The notes below the pieces were generated by a model that worked only from the letters and a program-made list of their open reading frames with translations, was not told where the DNA came from and did no database searches. Below are positions 50,946 to 64,000 of a stretch of DNA of 64,000 nt, in pieces. Location: contig CM052816.1 of the NCBI GenBank assembly GCA_028534125.1, forward strand, positions 48,362,001 to 48,426,000, in the 5' to 3' direction. Made by a program: the position numbers and the translations under genes. Each line of letters starts with the position of its first letter. Position 1 is the stretch's first letter. Origin of the DNA: Lama glama (taxonomy: Eukaryota).

Positions 50946-53254
50946 AATCTCTGCTTTTTATATATTAATATTATAGTGTAGAAAATGCAGCAGGGAATGC
51001 CATTGGGAATGAATCACATCAACAGAGTACAGAGTTTCCAGGAGTGGACTAATGGAAAATGTGACCTGGGAGAATTTGTGTAATTAAAATACCATACAAG
51101 AGAAGGAAACCAAAATTGCTAACATGCTTGAGAAATGAAATATTGTACGTAATGTAGCCTAAGAAGAGAAATCTGGATATAGAGCTCAGAAAAAGAAAGC
51201 TGTGTGAAACCTGTTGGGTTGTGTCAGTATTCTCCAGTTGAGAGGGAATCAGATGGAGGGATACAGACAGCTTGAGAGGTAAGCAGCATGAGTCTGATAT
51301 TGCTGGGTGAGAACAAATGATAGACAAAACATTTATTTTGTGGTTCATATAAATTCAGCAAGAAAGATGGGAACTGGAGTTAATATTAATTTAGTAGGAA
51401 TTCAGATTTTCTCTAAGATATTGGAATTATCTCAATGTATGAAGTTGTATGTGTATCTTGTTCTTTTCATGATAATCATGTATGTATCTTGCTTTTTATG
51501 TAAGTGGACAACTATGATGAAGAAGAAATGTTGTATTTAAACATCTCATTTTAATGTTTAGTTAAACATCAATTAAACTGTGATCTTTATGCATTTTAAG
51601 TCTTTTAAGTCCATTAGTTTATTGTTAAGTAAACAAATGTTGCATGGAAAACAGTGAAGAGAAGCTCAAATAGGACAAACAAAAGATGGAAATAACATAT
51701 GTAATGTTTCAAAAGACAGATCTAACACAAGTATAAAGTAGTTTCTGCTCTTCTGAAAACTTACGCAGTTTTTGTAAAACATTATAGCTGATATGGATAG
51801 TTTCACCTTTATTGGCAAAAATGTTTTTTTCAGAACACTACGTCTACTGGTCAGACCTAACTCTCTACAAATATCCTCATCAAAATTCTCATTCATGCCT
51901 CCATGTGTCATAAACATTGAAAACATATCCCTTCTTAGTAAAGTATGATCTTTAAATACATGCAGACTCATCATTTTACTTACTGTATTTTATTGGTTGA
52001 GCACTTATGAAAAAAAAAAAAGACATGTTCTTCTGAGAACAGAGACAAAAGAATCTTTTTTTTAATCAAGTTTGGAGAGACATCTAGCCAAATGCCAGAC
52101 CATAGCATAGGATCAGCAAGTGTGTGCTGAGGTTATGGTGAGCATGAGAGTGATGAGGGTAGGGGATGAAGCATCTGAGTGACTGACTGTGTACTAAATA
52201 AGTAAATAAACAGGATTTTAGGACTATATAAAATCTTTGAACTGCAAGGCTGGGGTGCATTTGTGGCGGGACAAATAGGCTGGGCTGGAAAAAGAGATGG
52301 GACAGAAAATATTGGTACTTCTATTTCCCACGATCTATGCATAGATTTCCTCAGTGGTATATGCTCCCAGAGTTCTCATTTAATGGGAAGAGAAAATTAA
52401 CAGTAGTAGAATCTTGTGAGTAAGTGTTGCTAGGAGCACTTTGTTAAAAAAGCCAGTTTCTTTTAAAGTTCACCTTGTACATATTGTATCAGTACCCATG
52501 AGGGAACTCTTAATTCTAATATGCATTTCTAGTGCAAATTAATATCTTCATTCTTGCCATTGCCTGTCTATTGCTGGAAGCACGTTATTCATTGTCCACT
52601 TCTTTGAGGATTCTCTGTCTAATCATGTAAAGTTAAGATGTATGAAGCCTTTCAATTTGTTCACTCTTTGCCACGGTGAGGGGTACTGAAAATCCTGACA
52701 CTACGCACTTAGCCAGAGGCTACACAGCAGGCACCTTCAAGTAAATCTTAGCTGAAGGAAGGAAATGGCATAACATTTTCTTTGCCATTCTGCTGCTGTG
52801 CCAACTATACTTCAAAATAGACATGTCATCTGTTATCCTCTGATGGTCTACTTTTTTACATTTTTCTTCATGCAGATTAGAAATAGCTTTTCTAAGACCA
52901 AAAACAAACCAAAAAACCAAAAACCCCACAATTGGACATAGTAATACTTCAGTGGTCATTATCAGTCATAGTGTATATATACATATTATTTCTCTGCAAA
53001 GTGGTGATCAAATTTGACAAAATTACCAGACTCTGAGTTCCAATCGAAAATTATAAATCAGCAATTCCTTTTTAAAATTTGGGATAAATTAGGCATCATT
53101 ATCTCATGTATAGAAGGTATATTAATTTTAATCAATCTGATGAGTAATACTAATACTTATGAATGTCATGAGTAATAAATAAAAATAGAACACAGAATAA
53201 ATGGAGACACATATAATAAAAAGTATTAACTTAAAATGATCCTTAATATTATAG

Positions 53255-53540
53255 GCAGTATATTAGTTATAGAAAACAGCATTAAGTCCTAGAGACAGAC
53301 TACCTCTCCTCAAATGCATATGATAATGTTTAATAATAATGAGATACTTGGCAGATAATTTAAACTTTCTGTGCCTCAGTTTCCACATATATTTATTGAG
53401 TAATACCTAACTTATAGAGTTTTTAATATCTGAGTTCATACATTATAAAATACAGATCATTGCTACCTAACATTTCTAGGGATTGATCATTACAGGCATA
53501 CTCTCATAAGATTAAATCAATCACTCAATTACCATCACCC
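53255..53540 (+). mobile_element. MIR SINE
   Basis: ggcagtatattag...cttggcagataatttaaactttctgtgcctcagtttccac. Confidence 0.7.
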
Positions 53541-53959
53541 TCACCATGTATTTTTCTTAATGGGCATAATTCTTACAAAGTTTATAAAGTAGAAGAAAAT
53601 ATATTGCTTGTTCTCAAAGAAACTTTATTGTGGAATAAAAAATACAATTAAAGCTGAATTAGACTCAGACAGTTGCCATGAAATATGTGCTACAATTAAA
53701 TAACAAGTTTTCATTAAAAATTTCGTGTAAGTATTGCTTGTCAAAAATTAGAACCTATCATATTGAAACAACGTTCTAGGTAGATATTAATTAATATTTT
53801 TGCTATATATACTGAAGATAATAATTCATACATTTAATGAAATCTTGAAATAATGAAGATGAATTTGATGATTGGAATTCAAAAATACAGGCTCCAATCA
53901 TTAGTAGTTATGATATTCTGCATGTTAAAAAATGTAGTTATGGTTCTAATAGTAACTAA

Positions 53960-54730
53960 ATAAGACCCTATTGGACTCCACTCCTGCAGAAACTCTGATA
54001 ATAAGGCCTGGAAATAATACCAAAACATCTACTTGAAGACACTGAAGAGTAGAAAGGAGATAAGACTCTTGAGGAGACCGCAAACTCAGAGGAAAGGAGG
54101 AAAGCTGAATGAAGAGAGTTTCTAATATTTGTGATTTTTAAACTTGGGACTAAAGAGTGAAGTATGTGCCAGTAGTAGGGCATCAGAAAAAAATGGGGAA
54201 CCAGGCATTTTAAGCCAGGTACTGTGGCCACTGAAGAGAGTAGAGATCCCTGAAGGGAAAGAGCCAGAGAAGAGATCACATTATACTTAGCCATTCCCTG
54301 AATCTTCAGACAAACATAAGAAAAACAGACTCAAAAAACAACTCAAAATGGAAGACCTGAACAAAGACTGGAGTTGCTACCCAAGAAACAGAGTTTGACG
54401 TTAAATCCCAGCCAAGATACTTAATTGACTATTAAAACAAAGGAAACTCTTGTTAGAGAAAAATAATGGAATCCAAAATTCCCACAACTTTACATTAACA
54501 ATGGTCAGAATGCAATTTAAAATTACCACACAGATGAAAATGAAAATTGAGCATATTCTTAAGAGAAAAGAAAATCAACAAAATCTGACCCAAAGATTAA
54601 TCTCTTATTGTAAATAGAAGTATGTTAAAGTAGCTATTGTAACTGCCTTTAATGAAGAAAAGCACATGTTTTCACAGAACATAAACAGTAAGAATTCTCA
54701 GCAGAAAAATAATAAGTTTCAACAGAAAGA
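53960..54730 (+). mobile_element. Old L1 5'UTR/ORF1 fragment
   Basis: A-rich sense L1M ORF1-start-like sequence (gaatgcaatttaaaattacc...aagtagctattgtaact). Confidence 0.5.
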
Positions 54731-54737
54731 TAAGAAG

Positions 54738-55990
54738 CTTGGATGTGATCAATATGACAGAGGAGGTAGACCCTGAGCTTACCGCCTCCCATAGGAACAC
54801 CAAAATTACAACAATTTGCACAGCAACTATTTATGCAAATAACCTGAAGGCTATCAAAAAATATTTTACACAACTAAAGACATAAAGAAGGAACCACAAA
54901 GGGACAAGTAGGAGGGGTGGAGATGCAGTATAGTCAGAAACAACACCCCTAGGTAGCCAATCCACAAACAGGAGAATAATCACAGTTGCAGAGGTTCTTC
55001 TCTAGGAGGAAGTAGTCCAAGCCCCACATCAGGGTCCAAGCTTTCCAGCATGGAATGCTGCACCTGGAACATCTGGCTTTGAAAGCTTAAAGGAGAGCTG
55101 GAGGGCTGTAAGAAATGGAGACTCCACTCTTAAATGGCGTGCACAAAATCTCACACATTCCAAGTCCCAGCATGTAGGCAGTAGCTTAAAGAAAGAGTCT
55201 GGTTCAGACCCACCTGCTGATCTTGGAAAGACTTCCAGAGAGGTAGGAGGCGACTGGGATTCCCACTGTGAACATAGACACTGGCAGCAGCCGTTTTGGG
55301 GAGCTCATTTTATCACAAGGACAATTTTGGAGTCCTGCCTATACCTATTAGCAGTGGGGGCTTACCTGATAACCAGCAGACCAGCACCAGCCCTGAGACC
55401 CTTAGTCACTACAGCCAGCTGTCCTAAGAACAGGCCCCACCCACAACCAGGCTAACACCAGCCCAGGACAAATGAAGCCCCACAACAGCTGTGCCAGGAC
55501 TTATTCCCAACCACCAGCAGGCTGGCACCAGCCCTGGGACACCCAGCATCATACAGCAAGACATGCTGTGACCCGACCCTGCCAAAGCCACTGCATAAGA
55601 TAGGGTGTGGCAGCCTACTGGGCTGGGGGCCAGCCCTGTCTACCAGCACACTCACAGTAAACGGCCTTGCCACAACAAAAGGGCCCATTTAGCCCACGTA
55701 GGGAGCACCCCTAGAGCATATACCTCTAGTGACCAGAGAGCAGAGTGCTGTTGGGTCCATAGGATATCTCTTAATTAAGTCTACTTCAAGATCAGGAAAC
55801 GTAATTGACCTAACTAAAAATAGAAATAGAGAATTAGGCAAAATAAGGAGATAGAATATATTTCAAATGCAAAAAAACAGAAACAACAAGAAGAGCTAAG
55901 TGAAGTGAAAATCGGCAATCAACCTAATTAAGTATTCAAAGTAATCATCATAAAGATGCTTAGCAAACTCAGTAGCATTGATAAACATTT
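54738..55990 (+). mobile_element. L1 5'UTR plus start of ORF1 (3'-truncated)
   Basis: atcaatatgacagaggaggtagaccctgagcttacc 5' end, GC-rich UTR repeats, and ORF1 coding for ..FKVIIIKMLSKL. Confidence 0.8.
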
Positions 55991-56004
55991 CTAATTATGA
56001 CTTG

Positions 56005-58962
<2,958 letters not shown>

Positions 58963-60249
58963 AATAATTCATTTTTATATCAGGAATTAAAAAGATAATA
59001 TCTTTTAACTCTGAAAAGAATTGTGGTCTGATTTTGTTATCCCTGTTTCTGCTGTGATTCAAAGTTAAATCTCTTTAAGCTGGAATGTCACTAGCTTTCT
59101 CTTAAGAAGATTTCAATAACCCCAATATTTCTGAAATATAAAACCAGAGCTGAGATTTTTACATTAACTTCTAGATTTCACATTCTACAGAAACACATTG
59201 ATATTATGTCAGCAATTTTGGAAAACAGTAATCCAATGCTGAAGCATCAATATTAAGAATCGTATGTTATAAATATGAATTTACAACAATGTACCTTGTC
59301 TGGGCATCCCAATACCAAGTTCATACCACTGTACGTGAACTTAACATCCATTTCATTATCCTTGTCATCATTAGCCATAGGAAGCTAATATAGAAATATT
59401 ATTAACTGTAGATATTATCTTTCATCATAGACTGTACTCCATTTTTCATAAAGATCATGTTTGTATATCTTTGTATTTCTAAATAAATACATAGAATTTA
59501 TATGTACATAGAATAAAACCCTGTCTATGATATATCAAAGGAAAATAAGGATATTTAGTAATATCCATGGTCTACAAAACAGGGAACAGATGTAGGAAAA
59601 AGGGAAAGTCTAACAAATCAACCTCAATTTTTTTCCAGTTGTAGGATTATATGACTCTAATAAAACTGAATATTAGTTTTAATTTTTAATGAAACTATCT
59701 TCAGCAATAAATTTTAGTTCATATTACATTCGAGTAGTAAAAAGAATTTTGATAGTCATAAAAGTATTGATGGGTCAGCTGTAAGGTTTCTTAATCGTGT
59801 CTTTCCAAATTGATTTTTTATCATCTTTCGATAAGTTCACATTCATACTCATGGGCTTTTTACACATATCTTCACCAACTAAGTCTTCTGGTTGAAAAAA
59901 GTGCCAAGAGAAGAATAGTCCACTGAAGACTGAGAGATATTCCTATGATCATTTCTTTGCTTTCATAAAGAAGACAATGTTTGCCCCTACCCCTGACATT
60001 GTAAAATGCTATTTAATTTTTATTTAATTTCAACAAATATTGAACAGACACTCAGAGACCTCCCAACAATATACAGTGAATTACAAATGAATCAAAAGTT
60101 GATGATTACATGAAAAAGCTTCACATGAAAAAAAATAAAAATACTGAGTCTGAGGAGTACTTCCAGACTGGTGGAGTAAGGACTTTTGAAAATTTGCTTC
60201 TCCATACAGTCAATCAAAATGCTGAAAAACAGACATATTCAATTTTTTT

Positions 60250-63200
60250 AGAACACTAAAATAAAACCACTAAAATAAACAAAAATTAACAAGTGAGTCA
60301 AAAATAATCACAGGTAAATATTAAAATATTTTTGGATAAATTAAAAAAACACACAATAGGTCAAAGGCTAAGGGATGTGCCTAAAACAGTGTTTAGAAGG
60401 AAATATATGGCTGCAAATATCTATGTTGTGAAAGAAGTAAGATCTCAAGTCAATAACTTAAACTGCCACCTTAAGAAACCAAAAGGAAAAGCAAGATAAA
60501 TCCAAAGTAAACAAAATAATGGAAATAATAAATAGTAGGGTGGAAATAAATGAGCTAATTCAAAAACAATGGAGAGTTTCAATGAAATCAAAATCTGGTT
60601 CTTTAAAAGATAAGTAGGCATGACAAACTTTAATCTAGAGTAATCCAAAACTTAAGAATTTTGGGTAAATTCTTAAATTTGAGAATGAAAGAGGGTGCAT
60701 TTCTACTGATCTTACAGAAATAAAAAGGATTGTAAGGAAATACACCTAAAATTATAAAACTTAGGTGAAATAAATTATGAGAGAGACACCAAAGACCAAA
60801 AATGACTCAAAAAGAAATATACTTTGATGATATAATATAATATAATATAATATAATATAATATAATATGATATAATATAATAGCATATCATATAATAGTA
60901 TATCATATAATATAATAGCAATAGAAGGAATTTCCTCATACTGAAGAAGGTGATCTATGAAAAACCTACAGCTATAAACATGCCCTCATATTTGATAACC
61001 CAGGTAAAATGCACCAATTCCTTGAAAGACACATTTGCAAAAACTCAGATAAGGAGAAATAGACAATATGAATGAGCCTCTACCCATTAAAGAAATTGGG
61101 TCAATAATTAATAACTTTCCAAAACAGAAAGCACCAGGCCCAGATGGTTTCATTGGGGAATTCTACCAAACATTTAAGGGAGGAATGATACCAATTTTCT
61201 ACAATCTCTTTCAGAGGACAGAAATAGTGGGAATACTTTCTAACACATTCCATGAGGTCATCATTATCCTATTACCAAAACCAGAGAAAGAAATTACAAG
61301 AAAATAAAGAAAATAATAATGTCTTTCATGAATGTATGTGCATAAATTCTCAATAAAATAGTAGCAAATCAAATCCAATAATGCATAAAAAGAATTATGT
61401 AGCATAAATCAAGTGTGATTTGTCTCATATATGGAATGGTGGCTCAGCATTTGAAAGTCAATGTAGTCTATCACATCTATAGTCTATAAAAGAAAAAAAA
61501 ATACATGATTATATAAATACTATCAGCAAAAGCATTTGACAAAATCCAGGAACTATTCATGATAAAATTTCTCAGTAATCTAGGAATAGAGAGCAAGTTT
61601 TTCAAAATGAAAGATCTCTTTAAAAAAACCCTGCATCTAACTTTATCCCTGATGAAAAACTTGAAGCTTTCCTACTAAGATCTAGTACAAGGCAAGGATC
61701 TTCCTTCTCACCACTCTTTTACAACATCATATTGGAAGTTCTAGCTGATTTAAGAAGGCAAGAAAAGGATGTAAATAGTACTTAGATTGGTAAGGAAGAA
61801 ATAAAACTTTCCTTTTTCATGCATGATCATCTGTGTAGAAAATCTGAAAGCATCAACAAAAATGGAGCTAATGTGCAGTTATAAAAAAGTTGCAGACACA
61901 AGGTCACTGAATAAATCAGTCTCCTTCCTATATCACACCAATGAACAAGTAGAATTTGAAATAAAAAACACAATACTATTTAAATTGGTGTGTCCCAAAA
62001 ATGAAAATAAAATGCTGTATAATTGAAGAGGCATTCCAAGTTAATGGATAGAAAGACTCAATATCATCAAGACATCGGTTCTTCCCAAGTTGATCTATAG
62101 ATTCAATGCAATCTCAGTGAAAATCCAAGCAATTTATTTTGTGAATATCAAAAAAAAAACTGTTTCTAAAGCGTCTATGAAGAGGCAAAAGTATAGAATA
62201 GCCAGTACAGAAATGAAGAAGAGTGAATTTGGAAGACTGATGGTTCTCAACTTCAAAACTTACTATAAGTCTACAGTAATCAAGACAGTGTGATATCAGT
62301 GAGAGAATAGTCAAGTAGATCAATGGAACAGAATCGAGAGCCTAGAAATAGACCCACATAAATATAGTCAACTGATCTTGATAAGGGAGCAAAGACAATA
62401 TAAGGGAATAAAAATTGGCTTTTCAGTAATTGTGCTGAACACCTGTATAGGCACATGCAAAAAAATGAATCTAGACACAGATTTTATTCCCCTCACAAAT
62501 ATTAACTCAAAATGGATCACACAGCTAAATGTAAAATGTAAAACTATAAAAATCTAAATGACCATGGGTTTGATAATGACATTTAAGAAAAAAATACCAA
62601 AGGCATGTCCATGAATGAAATAAATGATAAACTGGACTTCATTAAATTTAAAAATTATGTTCTACAAAAGTCAGTATCAATAAGAATTGACAATGTCAAA
62701 AGAACAAGAAGATAAGACACTGAATGGGAGAAAAAATTTGCAAAAGAGATACCTGATGAATCACTGTTACCCAAAATATACAAAGAACTCTTAAAACTCA
62801 ACAATAAGTAAACAAAGAATATGACTGAGAATAGGTAAAAAATCTTAACAGACATTTCACCAAAAAAAAAAAAACACAGATGACAAATAATCACAAGAAA
62901 AGATGGTCCACATCATGTGTCACCAGGGAAATGCAAATTAAAAAAACAATATGACACTAATAGGCAACTATTATAAAGCCCCAAATCCAAACACTGACAA
63001 CGTCAATCCAGTCGAGAGTGTAAGCAACAGAAACTCTTATTCATCACCTGTGGGACTGCCAAATGGTACAACCACTTTGGAAGACAATTTGGCAGTTTTG
63101 TGCAAAACTGAACACACTATTTATTACCATATGATCAACAATCTCACTCCCTGGTATTTACCCAAAGGAGTTGAAAACTTGTATCTACACAAAAACCTGC

Positions 63201-63832
63201 ACATGAATGTTTATAGTAAGTTTATTCATGCTTGCAAAAACCTGGAAGCAGCAAAGATGTCCTTTAGTAATGAATAGATAAATAAACTGTGTATATCTAC
63301 ACAATGGAATATTATTCTGGAAGAAAGAGATGAGCTACCAAGCCATGAAAAAACATGGAAGAGACTTAAATGCATGTAACTAATTGAAAGAAGCCAGCTT
63401 GGAAAGACTACATACTGTATTATTCCAACTATATGACATTATGGAAAAGGCGAAACTATGGAGACTGTTAAATGATTAGTGATTGTCAGGTGTTGCAGGG
63501 AAGGGATAAATATGTGGAACACAAAGGATTTTTTGGGCAGTGAAAATAATCCATATGATACTACAAAGATAGTTCCATGTCATTATACACTTGTCCAGAC
63601 CCAAAGAATGTACACCACCAAGAATGAGACTTAATGTAAACTGTAGACTTTGAGTGATTACGATGTTGTCAATGTAGGTTCATCAGTTCTAAAAACATAT
63701 CACTCTGGTGGGGCATGCTGGTAACTGGAAAGCTATACCTTTGTAAGGCAGAAGGTATATGGGAAAACTCTATATCTGCCCCTCAATTTTGCTGTGAAAT
63801 TTAAATTTTTCTGAAAATAGTCTTTAAAAAAT
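60250..63832 (+). mobile_element. L1MC-type ORF2 plus 3'UTR
   Basis: KAPGPDGFIGEFYQTF and MIYRFNAI remnants; 3' end cctcaattttgctgtgaa...aaaatagtcttt. Confidence 0.9.
60828..60920. repeat. (ATATA)n pentanucleotide repeat
   Basis: Tandem tataa units. Confidence 0.9.
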
Positions 63833-64000
63833 TTATAGGAGTCATAGTGTGAAAGACAGAATCCCAAGATTCTTATCTGTATATAACCAATTATAATTTT
63901 AAAAACAATTTTTATATAAACAGTGTTGGGGGGGAAAATGAATAGGGGTCAAAAGTAGAGGGATAGATTGCCAGTTTACTTTTGATGAGGTGTCAAATTT

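Noticed and set aside
60655..60680. 10-bp perfect inverted repeat (ttaagaattt..aaattcttaa)
   Set aside because: Short, AT-rich and inside an L1; expected by chance or local fold-back repair.

Overview
AT-rich mammalian genomic DNA. It is probably camelid/cetartiodactyl: the young L1 3' ends and the ERV1 LTR resemble camelid families I recall, and I see no Alu, bovine or carnivore SINEs. A large share is interspersed repeat: several LINE-1s (one near full-length, one 5'-inverted), a full-length Tigger1, MER2, MER53, MLT1/MLT2, an ERV1 solo LTR, MIR/L2, and a tailless 7SK retrocopy. None of the supplied ORFs is an intact gene. The main non-obvious signal is a decayed, intron-containing + strand gene spread over roughly 48-48,600. 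It is built from short exons and micro-exons with AG/GT boundaries. Splicing them by hand gives several tandem, divergent RGS (regulator of G-protein signalling) domain remnants most like RGS22/RGSL1, e.g. YFLFSKSGIFMIQFWRLIE, LWFPHFL, ELNLD, EDKCVQRYFICDQY, NLLF(W)VEL and PPIRINIP. In-frame stops and frameshifts suggest an unprocessed pseudogene of a possibly unannotated multi-RGS paralogue. Protein comparisons are by eye against recalled sequences and need a profile search. Repeat subfamily names and old-repeat boundaries are approximate.
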